Virus record (IMG/VR): IMGVR_UViG_3300044796_000222
Coordinates: 29,014-93,013 of that record
DNA: 64,000 nucleotides
From: a virus
Strand: one strand, 5' to 3'
This document shows, piece after piece, positions 49,604 through 59,154 of this stretch. The translations under genes and the position numbers were made by a program. Below the pieces are notes generated by a model. That model had not been told where the DNA came from and made no database searches. It saw nothing but the letters and a program-made list of their open reading frames with translations. Numbering within the stretch: the first letter of the stretch is position 1; each line of letters starts with the position of its first letter.

Positions 49604-50278
49604 TTGAGGACTGGCCGCCCAAGAATTGACGTGTCTGGTAAAAAGTTTGGGATGCTGACGATCTTGTCGCCTGACGGCAACATCGGGAAGTCCCCAGCGT
49701 GGTCATGTATATGCGATTGCGGGAATGTTGTCACCAGGTCAATCTGGTCGATCCAATCCCTCAGCGCTTATTCTTGTGGATGTACAAGGCGTCCGAGAAA
49801 AACGGACGCGATGCCTCAGTTGGGCATGTCCGGCACGCTCAGGGAGAGCAACGAATACTATATCTGGCACGACATGAAACGCAGATGCGAAGACCGGCGC
49901 CGCAAGGAGTATCACCGGTACGGCGGAAGGGGCGTACGTGTTTGCGATAGGTGGCGACTGTCTTTCAGGGACTTTCTGCAAGACGTTGGGCCTAGGCCGA
50001 CGCCCGGCCATAGTCTAGACAGGTTCCCAAACCAGAACGGAGATTACGAACCGGGGAACGTTCGTTGGGCGACGCAGAAGGAGCAAACAAGGAACAGAAA
50101 AAGCAACACGTACCTGACGTGTGGCGGCGAGACGATGTTGATGATGGACTGGACCAAGAGAACAAGTTTCGGCCACGGGATGATCAGAACCAGACTGCGT
50201 CTTGGATGGACTGAGGAGGAAACTCTTTCGATCCCTCGTGGCGTATCCAGAAAGGCGTACTACCGTGGCACTCACTGA
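49604..50278 (+). CDS. HNH-type homing endonuclease
   Basis: WSCICDCGN, IWHDMKRRC, YGGRGVRVCDRW, SLDR...NGDYEPGNVRWAT. Confidence 0.88.
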   Translation: MRTGRPRIDVSGKKFGMLTILSPDGNIGKSPAWSCICDCGNVVTRSIWSIQSLSAYSCGCTRRPRKTDAMPQLGMSGTLRESNEYYIWHDMKRRCEDRRRKEYHRYGGRGVRVCDRWRLSFRDFLQDVGPRPTPGHSLDRFPNQNGDYEPGNVRWATQKEQTRNRKSNTYLTCGGETMLMMDWTKRTSFGHGMIRTRLRLGWTEEETLSIPRGVSRKAYYRGTH

Positions 50279-51179
50279 AGAAGACAAGGCTCTCCGCAGG
50301 ACCGGAATCGGCGGAACGGACGCGAGGGCGCTAATTTGCCCGTCTCGCTACGAATCTCCGATGACGGTATATTTGAGCAAAGTCCACCCGGAACGCCTCG
50401 TTGACGATGCTGGTTGGCCGGCGGAACTCGGCAACGCGATGGAGGAGCCGATCGCGCGCTTCTACGCCAAGATGACGAGATCGAAGGTGGAGCGCGTGCC
50501 GATCGTGCGCGGAGCCGAGCCGTGGATGCTCGGCTCGATCGATCGAGTCGCGACCGATGAGTACGGCGCCAAGCGCATCGTCGAAATCAAGAAACCAACG
50601 AGCCGTACTCGCCACGAGTGGAACAACGGCATTCCGGTTCGCTACTGCGTACAGACGACGTTCTATATGGGCGTCACCGGCATCCACGACGCGGATGTAG
50701 TCGCTGCCATCGGGGACGATGAGCCGCAAATTTACCCGCTACCGTTTGACGCTGACCTGTTTGCGCAAATGGTAGCCATATGCCGCCACTTCTGGTACGA
50801 AAACGTGCTCGGCAAGATGCCGCCGGCAGTCGACGGCTCGAACGCCACGGTCGATGCCCTTCGTGCGCTATTCCCGCGCGTCGGCCACGCAAAACTGATC
50901 GCCCCGTCGGAAGAGGACCTTGCGCTCGGCCGAAGGATGGCTAACGTGAAGCGGCAGTTGAAAGCGCTCGAAGAAGAGCACGACGCGATGAAGGCCGAAC
51001 TGTGCGCGCGCATCGGCGATGCGAAAGGCATCGAAGGCGTCGCAACGTGGTCTGAGCGTAAAGGCAGCGTCGCGTGGGGTCAGGCCGCGAAAGCGCATGG
51101 CATCACCGAAGCGATGGCTGAAGCGTTTCGCGGTGAGACAACCAGGACTTTTTCTCTGTTGATGAAGGACGAGGAGTGA
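50265..51179 (+). CDS. YqaJ-like (lambda exonuclease family) viral recombinase nuclease
   Basis: RRTGIGGTD, LGNAME, GSIDR, VEIK, Y.VQ..FYM.VTG. Confidence 0.92.
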   Translation: MALTEEDKALRRTGIGGTDARALICPSRYESPMTVYLSKVHPERLVDDAGWPAELGNAMEEPIARFYAKMTRSKVERVPIVRGAEPWMLGSIDRVATDEYGAKRIVEIKKPTSRTRHEWNNGIPVRYCVQTTFYMGVTGIHDADVVAAIGDDEPQIYPLPFDADLFAQMVAICRHFWYENVLGKMPPAVDGSNATVDALRALFPRVGHAKLIAPSEEDLALGRRMANVKRQLKALEEEHDAMKAELCARIGDAKGIEGVATWSERKGSVAWGQAAKAHGITEAMAEAFRGETTRTFSLLMKDEE

Positions 51180-52279
51180 ACATGGCGAACGGATCAAACG
51201 ACAGCGAGTACGGTATGTCGCGCGTGGAGCCGCAGGCTGCTGGCACGATGAGCCGGCAAGACGGTAGCGGCGGCAGTGCGATCACGCGCATCGCCGAGAC
51301 GTCGGCTTCGGTGCTCGCAGAGCAGGCCCGCGCTACCATCGAAGTCCGCACGATGATGGCTTTGCGCAGGCCGCGAGATTTTGACTCAGTTCGCGCCGCT
51401 CTTTTGAAGGAATGCAAGCGCCCAGGCTTCGCTGCGGCGTCGCGATACGCAAAGCCGGTCGGCGGCGGCGAGAAAGTGCGCGGTTTCACCATTCGCTTCG
51501 CAGAAGCGGCCATTCGCTGCGCGACGAATATTGACGTGCAGACCACGGTCGTATTTGATGACGACACTAAACGAATCGTGCGCGTCGTCGTCTGCGACCT
51601 CGAATCGAACGTGCCGTACACGAGCGAGTTGAGTATCGAGAAGACCGTCGAGCGCGCCAATGGCGCGGGGCGCACGGTGCTGTTTCAGCGTCGCAACTCA
51701 AAGGGTGGCCTGACCTACGTTGTCGTCGCAACTGAAGACGAGATGGCGCAGAAGCAGGCGTCTCTCGTGTCGAAGGCGATCCGAAACTCAGCGCTGCGCC
51801 TGCTCCCCGGCGACATCCTCGACGACTGCCTGGACGTGATCGGGGAGACGCTCGACAAGGAAGACAAGACTGACCCGGAGGCGGCAAAGAAGAAGCTTCT
51901 CGATGCGTTTGCGTCGATTGGCGTTCCGCCGAGTGAGGTCAAGACATACCTCGGCACCGACGGCTCTTACTTGAGCCCAGGCGAGATGAAGGAGTTGCGC
52001 GAAATCTACGCGTCGATTCGTGATGGTGAAGCGCACTGGTCGGAGATTCTTGCTTCGCGGAAGCAAGAGCGCGCACCGATCGACGAACCCAAGTCGTCGC
52101 CGGTCGACAAGGCGCGTGAGGCCGCTGCCGCCGCCGCTGCCAAGACGAAGCAGGCGAAAGCCGATCGCCCCGCCGCGAGCGCGCAGCCAGCGAAGGGCAC
52201 GAAGGATGACCCGGCGACCGCCGACCCGGAGCCGCCGGCAGATTGGAAGCCCGCGCGGGAGCCTGGCTCCGATGGCTGA
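51176..52279 (+). CDS. Putative ssDNA-annealing protein (recombinase partner of YqaJ)
   Basis: Directly after YqaJ; RRPRD, GFTIRFAE, SKAIRN..L.LLPGD motifs. Confidence 0.7.
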   Translation: MNMANGSNDSEYGMSRVEPQAAGTMSRQDGSGGSAITRIAETSASVLAEQARATIEVRTMMALRRPRDFDSVRAALLKECKRPGFAAASRYAKPVGGGEKVRGFTIRFAEAAIRCATNIDVQTTVVFDDDTKRIVRVVVCDLESNVPYTSELSIEKTVERANGAGRTVLFQRRNSKGGLTYVVVATEDEMAQKQASLVSKAIRNSALRLLPGDILDDCLDVIGETLDKEDKTDPEAAKKKLLDAFASIGVPPSEVKTYLGTDGSYLSPGEMKELREIYASIRDGEAHWSEILASRKQERAPIDEPKSSPVDKAREAAAAAAAKTKQAKADRPAASAQPAKGTKDDPATADPEPPADWKPAREPGSDG

Positions 52280-54107
52280 CATCGACTTCCACTGCGAGAT
52301 GGCAATCCTCCGCATCGAAGACTACCGCGACCTAAAGAAACTCGACGCCTACTGGACGGAACTGGCGGTCCCGATCCTCGCCGACTCCACACCCGAAGAC
52401 CGCGCCACGGTCGAGAACGTTTACGCTGCGCGTCGCGCGGCGTTGGGGGCCAAATGAAACCGACTTCCACCATCCCCTCCATCACGCTCCTGAAGCGCCT
52501 GGACTGCCTGTCTTTGAACCAAGCCGACCGCCAGTTCGTGACTGGCTGCCTTCTGCTCACGGACGACGCTCGTGGCTTCTCGCGCGTGCAACGCGGAATT
52601 ATCGAGAAGATCGCGAAGGCTTATGGCATCGACATGAGCGAGAGCGCGTCGCCCCTTGGAGTCATCGACTTCGGCCCGATGGTGAAAATACCTCCGCCTC
52701 ACAAGCCTGCGTTCGTGGCGCGCGCAGAGGCGGCGGAACTGCGAGGCGGAGCGTGAATGACAACGATTCCGACATGGTGCGCGTGGTGCGCGGGCTGTCG
52801 AATCTTCTCGTCGCAGAGGCGATGGGGCGCGGCAAGCAAACTCAGCGCGCCGACAACGCGCAGTATGAACTTGACGAGTTGCGCGAGCGGATCAAAGAGT
52901 CGGATGACGCCAACGACTACATGTGGCATGAGGTGAACGAGCTGCGCTCCATGCGCTCCCATGCCATAGAACTGCTAGACGCCTGCTCGAAATCGAAGCA
53001 CACAACGCCTCGCATGGCCGCAGCAATCGACTCGCTGAAGAAGGCGTTGGGGCGGACTGAGGAGACGCCGTTTTAGCCATGGGCGCCCTCGCCTGCCACT
53101 TCTGCGGTGTCGCTGGCGTGCCCGGCAAGACCATCTTCTGCGTCCATCGCGGAGTGCCGAAGGGGAAGTGGGCGCATGGCGAGCCGGAGGATTGCATCGC
53201 CGCCCTGAAGGCGATTATCTGGAAACACAAGGATCGCGCCATGTCGCTCGGTCAACGGGAACGACGACTGAGAGAGCGCATTGAGCGGTACCAGCCATGA
53301 CCACGAAGACACGCCTCTCGATGGAAGCGATGCGCGACATCGATCGCGTTGTCGGCGCCATCGGCCGAATCTCGATGTCGAAGGCGCGTGAGCTGACTGA
53401 GCGGATTGTTTTTGATGACCTACGCTTGGAGGAACTCGACCCAGCCGAACTCGGCCAGTCGGACACGGCGAGGATCGATTGGCTCGTCAACGCTTCGCCA
53501 TCGCCGATGACGGGGCCACAAGTCGCCGCAGCGGTTGGACGCGAAGAGACGACCGTCGCCCCTCTCCTCTGTCGTCTGGTGAAGCAACGCAGGATCGCGA
53601 AGGTGCGTGGTGGATACGCTCGGAGGTTGCTGTGAAGCCTCTCCTCGACTGGCTTCTGCTCATCTGGCACGTCCTACGTGGAAAGCCTGACGAGCCATGA
53701 AACCTCCCGAGTCCCCCGAAGAGTGGACCGCCCTGTTCGCGCTCAACCACCCGCCGCTTGTCGAACCGTTCCGCGAGCCGCGCGTCGTGCGTGGTGACGA
53801 TAAGTCGAAGCGTGGGCGCCCTATCTGCATTCATCACGCGATCCTGGTCGATTCGCAGACGCGGTCGCTGGCCTGTCGTAAGTGCGACGCGAACATCGAC
53901 CCGATCGATTACCTGGCGAAGTTGGCGAACGAAGGATCATGGATCGTCCACCTCCACGAGCAGAAGTTGGCGCTCGGTGAAGAGGTGGAGCGGCTCAAGC
54001 ATGAAGTCACGCTGCTGAAAGCGCAGAAGAAGCGTGCGAGCGATGACGCTGTGGGCATCCTGAAGCGCGTTGTGAAAGAACCGAAAGGCGGCGGTATAGT
54101 CGGTTGA
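52272..54107 (+). other. Small hypothetical genes (52272-52457, 52454-52756, 52753-53076, 53079-53300, 53297-53635 wHTH-like, 53697-54107 CxxC plus coiled coil)
   Basis: Start/stop overlaps. Confidence 0.65.
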
Positions 54108-54131
54108 CATTCTCCGAAGCGTGGTGATGTT
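54104..54131 (+). promoter_or_regulatory. Sigma70-like promoter
   Basis: TTGACA-N16-GATGTT just before ATG 54138 (near-leaderless). Confidence 0.55.
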
Positions 54132-54137
54132 GCCTCC

Positions 54138-56291
54138 ATGAACGTCACCAGCCCGCAGAACGCACCCGCCCCACGTACGCAGAAGTTCGGCCTTCCCGAA
54201 GATGCCAGCGCGCGACCCGTCGTCGTCGACGAGTTCCCGTCGTTCGCACGCATCGTCGCAGCGTCGTTCCAAGACATGGCGAAGGGCACGAACGTCTTCG
54301 TTGCTGACGTGGATGGCGACGAATTGTATGCGAGGTACCTCGCCGCATTCCCGCCTGGCACCGATCCGTTCTTCAGGAAGACGACCGAGCACGACTGCTC
54401 ATGCTGCAAGCACTTCATCCGTCGCGCGGGCGCTGTCATCTCCGTCGTCGACGGGAAGATCCGAACCGTGTGGGACGAGGCCGCTGAGAGCGCTCCCGAC
54501 TTCTACACCGACGTCGCGAAGGCGCTCCGAGATGCCGTTCGTGCGGCTGGCATCCGCGACCTCTTCCGCGTGGGGAAGAACGAGACGCAGTTCGGATCTC
54601 AGCAGACGCGATCGCTCGACGCAGAGACGCAGAAGACGGTCGCGTGGAGCCACTTCTTCACTGGCGAGATCCCGAGTCGCTTCCGCGCGGACTTGCCCGA
54701 CACCGATCGCGGGAACTACCGCACCACCGTCCAAGTCTTCGAGCGTGGCCTCACCGAGTTGTCGCCGAGCGCCGTGGAGACCGTTGTGTCGCTCATCGAG
54801 GCGAACAGCCTGTACCGTGGTGAGGAGCACAAGCGCGCCGTCACCGAGTTCCAGAAGATGCAGCGCGAGTTCCTGGCGAAGAGCGCATCGGAGCGGCTCG
54901 TCTACGCGTGGGCGAACGCCAGCAGTCCGGCGGCGCGCTTCCGAAACACGGTCATCGGCACGCTCGTGCAAGAGCTGTCGGAAGGCAAGGACTTGGAGCA
55001 AGCGGTCAAGGGCTTCGAGACGAAGGTCGCGCCGCAGAACTACAAACGGACGACGGCGCTCATCACGCCTGGCATGGTCAAGAAAGCGATGGAGACCATC
55101 GAGGAGCTTGGCCTCGAACCCGCGCTCGAACGCCGCTTCGCTGTCATCGGCGACGTCTCGGTCAACGACGTGAAGTGGGTCGACGGCGCGGCCCGACCCT
55201 TGATGAAGGGCGGCATCGGCGACGTGCTGATGAAGCACGCGTCCGCAGCGACCGATGCTGGCAAGGATGAGGAGCGCGCCGAAGACATCTCCATCGACGA
55301 CTTCATGTCCAAGATCCTTCCCGACGTCACCGGCATGGATGTCTTCTTCAAGGGCGCACACTCCGGCAACCTGATGTCGCTCACTGCGCCGGTCCATCCA
55401 GAGCCGAAGCAACTGTTCCGCTGGACGAACGACTTCGCGTGGTCCTACGGCGGGAACGTTGCCGACAGCATCAAGGAGCGCGTGAAGAAGGCTGGCGGTA
55501 GCGTTGTCGGCACGCTTCGCGTTTCGCTCTCGTGGTTCAACTACGACGACCTCGACCTGCACGTTCACGAGCCTCAAGGTCGCGGCATCGGCGGCGCGAT
55601 GAATGAGATTTTCTTCCGCAACAAGCGCGGCTGGACTGGCGGCACGCTCGACGTGGACATGAACGCTGGCACCGGCCAGACGCGGGAAGCCGTCGAGAAC
55701 GTCATCTGGCCGAACAAGGCGCCCGACGGCGCCTACCGGATCGTAGTCAACAACTACACATTTCGCGAGTCCGCCGACCCTGGATTCACCATCGAGATCG
55801 AGTGCGCTGGAAAGGTCTCTCACTTCTCACACAACAAGGCCGTTCGTCATGCTCAGGACATCACCGTCTGCACGATCCACATGAAGAACGGCGTCGTCGA
55901 GCGCTTCGAGCCGGGCGATGCGGGCATCACTTCGTCAGTCATCTCGCAAGACAAGTGGGGCCTGAAGACCGAGCAATACGTCAAGGTCAACGCCGTCATG
56001 CTCAGCCCGAACTTCTGGGGTGACAATGCCGTCGGGAACAAGCACACGTTCTTCGTCCTCGACGGCGCGAAGAGCGACGAGGACACGCGAGGCTTCTACA
56101 ACGAGTTCCTGCACCCGCGCCTCGAACCGCACCGGAAGGTCTTCGAGATCATCGGCGACAAGACGAAGTGCCGACCGACCGAAGGGCAACTGTCGGGGCT
56201 CGGTTTCTCGTCGACCAAGAAAGACGCGTTCCTCGTCCGGGCCAAGTTCGGCAAGAAGACCCGCCTGTTCAACATCCACGTCGGCGCGTGA
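54138..56291 (+). CDS. Large conserved phage protein with a YfaP/DUF2135-like domain
   Basis: 717 aa; HDCSCCKHFI; LRVSLSW...DLDLHV.EP...LDVDMN...VENV.W. Confidence 0.8.
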   Translation: MNVTSPQNAPAPRTQKFGLPEDASARPVVVDEFPSFARIVAASFQDMAKGTNVFVADVDGDELYARYLAAFPPGTDPFFRKTTEHDCSCCKHFIRRAGAVISVVDGKIRTVWDEAAESAPDFYTDVAKALRDAVRAAGIRDLFRVGKNETQFGSQQTRSLDAETQKTVAWSHFFTGEIPSRFRADLPDTDRGNYRTTVQVFERGLTELSPSAVETVVSLIEANSLYRGEEHKRAVTEFQKMQREFLAKSASERLVYAWANASSPAARFRNTVIGTLVQELSEGKDLEQAVKGFETKVAPQNYKRTTALITPGMVKKAMETIEELGLEPALERRFAVIGDVSVNDVKWVDGAARPLMKGGIGDVLMKHASAATDAGKDEERAEDISIDDFMSKILPDVTGMDVFFKGAHSGNLMSLTAPVHPEPKQLFRWTNDFAWSYGGNVADSIKERVKKAGGSVVGTLRVSLSWFNYDDLDLHVHEPQGRGIGGAMNEIFFRNKRGWTGGTLDVDMNAGTGQTREAVENVIWPNKAPDGAYRIVVNNYTFRESADPGFTIEIECAGKVSHFSHNKAVRHAQDITVCTIHMKNGVVERFEPGDAGITSSVISQDKWGLKTEQYVKVNAVMLSPNFWGDNAVGNKHTFFVLDGAKSDEDTRGFYNEFLHPRLEPHRKVFEIIGDKTKCRPTEGQLSGLGFSSTKKDAFLVRAKFGKKTRLFNIHVGA

Positions 56292-56319
56292 GCCGACCAA
56301 CGCTACGGAGACCAAGACC

Positions 56320-56721
56320 ATGAACGAGAACATCTTCGCATTCGCGACCCGCAACAAGATCCGCTTCGACTCCGTGAAGGGGCAGATCACCGTCGAGCAG
56401 CTCTGGGACGTCCCGCTCCGCTCCACCGACGGCTTCAATCTCGACGCGGTTGCCAAGGCGGCCAACAAGACGCTCAAGGACGCGACCGAGGAGAGTTTCG
56501 TTGCGACGACCCGAACGGCAGCGCACGACCGCCTGGAGGTCACGCTGGACGTTGTGAAGCACGTCATCGAAGCCAAGCTCGCCGACGAGGCGGCGGCGAA
56601 GAAGCGCGCCGACAACAAGATCGAGAAGGAGAAACTCCTGAAGATCCTCGCCGAGAAGCAGGACGGGAAACTGTCGGACCTCTCGGAACGAGAGCTTCAG
56701 CGGCGCATCGCTGCGCTGTAG
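56320..56721 (+). CDS. Hypothetical helical protein, partner of 54138-56291
   Basis: RFDSVKG.ITVEQLWD.PL motif; same transcription unit. Confidence 0.8.
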   Translation: MNENIFAFATRNKIRFDSVKGQITVEQLWDVPLRSTDGFNLDAVAKAANKTLKDATEESFVATTRTAAHDRLEVTLDVVKHVIEAKLADEAAAKKRADNKIEKEKLLKILAEKQDGKLSDLSERELQRRIAAL

Positions 56722-56739
56722 GAGCGATCAGGTACACTC

Positions 56740-56775
56740 AGGCGTCGCGGGGAGACTCGCGGCGCCTTTGTTTTT
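56740..56775 (+). terminator. Rho-independent terminator
   Basis: AGGCGTCGCGGG-GAGA-CTCGCGGCGCCT followed by TTGTTTTT. Confidence 0.85.
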
Positions 56776-56788
56776 GAAGGAGACCGAC

Positions 56789-57070
56789 GTGACCGACCAC
56801 CTACCGCCGCAGCGCTACGCCCTCTGGCACCTCGCGACCGAGTGGCCGAACGAGGACGGCGAGTTCGTCGGAGCGCGCCTGGTCCCGCTGTCCTGCGGGC
56901 ACAGCATCGTGGTCGGAGCAGCGTTCGTCAAGAATCGGAAGCGGGAGTGGAAGTGCCTCACCTGCCGGAACAAGGCGAGAGATGCGATCAGGGCGGAGAG
57001 TCGAGCGGCGGTGGACATGACGCCGGTGGACGTGGAAGTCGTGGTGACCAGGAAGGGCGGTCCGCCGTGA
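56789..57070 (+). CDS. Hypothetical Cys-containing protein
   Basis: AAGGAG RBS; LSCGH...CLTC. Confidence 0.6.
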   Translation: MTDHLPPQRYALWHLATEWPNEDGEFVGARLVPLSCGHSIVVGAAFVKNRKREWKCLTCRNKARDAIRAESRAAVDMTPVDVEVVVTRKGGPP

Positions 57071-57072
57071 CG

Positions 57073-57603
57073 CTACGGGAGGTGAGTCCAGGTATGACGC
57101 ATTATGACGCGCGATACGCTGCGTCTGGACATTCCAATATCTGATGCGATAACGCGCGCAATATCACCGCCCGCTGCGCGCTGTCGTATGATCGCGACCA
57201 TACTATCAGTGAGGCGAGCACGCGGATTTAGTTCACCCTTCACTGGACGACTATACGTTCGCCCCTTCCGGGCGCAGTCTTTGTTGTTGTCCGCTGCCGT
57301 ACCAGCGAACAGGTGCGCCGGATTAGCGCATGGCGGGTTATCACAGCGATGGCAGACGAACAGCCCGTCGATCGCGACGCCAGAGAGGGCCATCGCAACT
57401 CGGTGAGCGCTCAGCGCTTTGCCTGCGCACACAAATTGGCCGTACCCACATGTATCCAAATGCCCTGTCCACGGCCAACAGGCGTCGTGACCACCACTGT
57501 TGTCCACGCGCGACCAAAGCACGCACGCCATTGAGCAGTAGAATCTACTGATGGACATATCGTGGGTTGCGCCACAACACTTGCATGCATATACTTTCGA
57601 CAT
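57073..57603 (-). CDS. HNH homing endonuclease
   Basis: CWPWTG...GYG...AHR...VCHRCDNPPCANPAHLFAGT.ADN; C-terminal HTH. Confidence 0.92.
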   Translation of the reverse strand: MSKVYACKCCGATHDMSISRFYCSMACVLWSRVDNSGGHDACWPWTGHLDTCGYGQFVCAGKALSAHRVAMALSGVAIDGLFVCHRCDNPPCANPAHLFAGTAADNNKDCARKGRTYSRPVKGELNPRARLTDSMVAIIRQRAAGGDIARVIASDIGMSRRSVSRVIMRHTWTHLP

Positions 57604-58020
57604 CGGCGGTCCTTTCGCTGGTCGGGTCCCGGACGTTGACGCGTCGCGGGGCCGCTTTCGTTTGTGTGGATGGTAGCAGAGCGAAAGATCGGATCAAGTG
57701 AACCCGATGCGCTACGTCTTCTGAGGCGTGGCCGATCCTAGCCTCTCCGTCCGACCGCTTCGTCTGCTCTCGACCATCGGGAGAGTCTCGTTCTGCGGTT
57801 GGTTCTCGCCAAGGGGGCACCTGGCGTCGCCGAGACTCCCGAAGGGTCCCCCGGAAGGGCCACCGGAGGTGCGATCTCGCGCACTCAGGCTTCTTCGGGC
57901 GGAGTGGCTTTGAGAAGCGGCCACCTCTCTGCGAGGTAAGACGATTCGGTCGCCTACCGGCGGTCTTTCTACGCGCGCGATCCGGACACACCGCAGAGTT
58001 TGCGTCAAGCCGGATCAATT
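57604..58020. other. Highly structured non-coding region (candidate ncRNA or origin)
   Basis: Nested stems GATGGT/ACCATC, AGCAGA/TCTGCT, GATCGG/CCGATC, GAGTCTCG/CGAGACTC, GATCCGG/CCGGATC; no convincing ORF. Confidence 0.55.
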
Positions 58021-58025
58021 TCGTA

Positions 58026-58200
58026 GCACAAATGCGCCGCAGAGTGGCAGTTCAGCCTATCCCGGTTGGGATATATCCCGTTCGGGATAGTAGGTTTTCT
58101 ATCTCGGTTGGGATAACCGCAACGCTATCTCTGTCGGGATAGCTGAGGCCCATCGATCTGGCTCGCGAACGAAATCGTTGACAGAGAGGCGCATTTGTGC
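58026..58200. repeat. Four TATCYC-N4-GGGATA palindromes enclosed by a 13-bp perfect inverted repeat
   Basis: Units at 58058, 58074, 58100 and 58126; GCACAAATGCGCC 58026-58038 / GGCGCATTTGTGC 58188-58200. Confidence 0.9.
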
Positions 58201-58207
58201 ATCGCCC

Positions 58208-58963
58208 CTACCTAACCGCTCCAGCCACGCCCCTCGCCGCCATTTTTCCAAGCGCGAACGCGTTCCCGTCCACGATCTCCGCCCCCGGCGGCGGCGTCCC
58301 CTCCTGTGGGCCGTCGAACTTCGGCTGCTCCTGCCTCTGCGCCGCCTCCTGAGCGCTCTTCGTCTCAGTGAGTCCCTCGGTCGCAGCGACCATCTCGTCG
58401 GCTCTCGCAGGTCGCGCTGGCGCCACGTACACCTCGACGGGGCGAAGGATCATCGCCCCCGGCTTCGGGCGATCGCGAGCCGTCATCTTCGCCCGCACGA
58501 TCTCCGCGATGCCAACTCCGACACCCAAAAAGAAACTGTCGCGCCAGTTCGCGTTCTCGCCGCCGCCGCTCCACACCGAGAACGACACGGGCACGCGCAG
58601 CCCGTCCACCACTTTCGCAAGTCGAGCGTACAGCGCCGTCGCCGCGTCCCGCTGGCTCTCGGTTCCTCGGAAGAAACAGTGGAGTTTGCCGTGTCGATGC
58701 TGGACCATCAGGTCGGCGCCGCAGAACATGGCGCTGGCCTCTGCGATCATCCCCTGCCAACGTTTTGGGCTCACCAGCACCGGCTCGCGGTCAACCTCGA
58801 CGTCTTGCTTGGCGGCGTTGGTGACGTCGGCGTCGTCCAGCGCGAACTCCGCCATGATGCGCTCAGCCGCCTTCGCAGCCGCCTTCGCCTCGTGGGCGCC
58901 GGCACGCTTGGCGAGACGCTTCAGATGCAGAACCTTGCGAGCCGCAGCGGACCTCGACTTCAC
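58208..58963 (-). CDS. DUF2786-domain protein
   Basis: KVLHLKRLA....HEAKAAAKAAERIMAEF; F.G...SF..G pattern. Confidence 0.75.
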   Translation of the reverse strand: MKSRSAAARKVLHLKRLAKRAGAHEAKAAAKAAERIMAEFALDDADVTNAAKQDVEVDREPVLVSPKRWQGMIAEASAMFCGADLMVQHRHGKLHCFFRGTESQRDAATALYARLAKVVDGLRVPVSFSVWSGGGENANWRDSFFLGVGVGIAEIVRAKMTARDRPKPGAMILRPVEVYVAPARPARADEMVAATEGLTETKSAQEAAQRQEQPKFDGPQEGTPPPGAEIVDGNAFALGKMAARGVAGAVR

Positions 58964-59154
58964 TGGTGCTCGCACTTGTGGCAGCGCCGATGCGCGCGCC
59001 TGAACGTGCCCAGCGACATCGTATAGGTGCCAACAACGTCCAGCGTCCCTTTCGCTATGGGCCGTCCGCACACCGTCAGGAACTCACCAGGCTTCGAGTG
59101 GTCGAGCAGGTGGACGACTGGATCGCTACTATCGTCGTGAACGCTGGCGCCCAT
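58960..59154 (-). CDS. Small Cys/His protein
   Basis: VHLL...TVCG...CHKC; overlaps neighbours. Confidence 0.55.
   Translation of the reverse strand: MGASVHDDSSDPVVHLLDHSKPGEFLTVCGRPIAKGTLDVVGTYTMSLGTFRRAHRRCHKCEHQ

Noticed and set aside
58055-58068. Similarity of GCCTATCCCGGTTG to the TnpB element's left repeat (GCCTATCCGGTTG)
   Set aside because: Only 13 nt with an indel; chance cannot be excluded, so no link is claimed.
58058-58141. Mini CRISPR array
   Set aside because: Repeats are 16 bp with 0-10 bp gaps, far too short for spacers, and no cas genes were seen.
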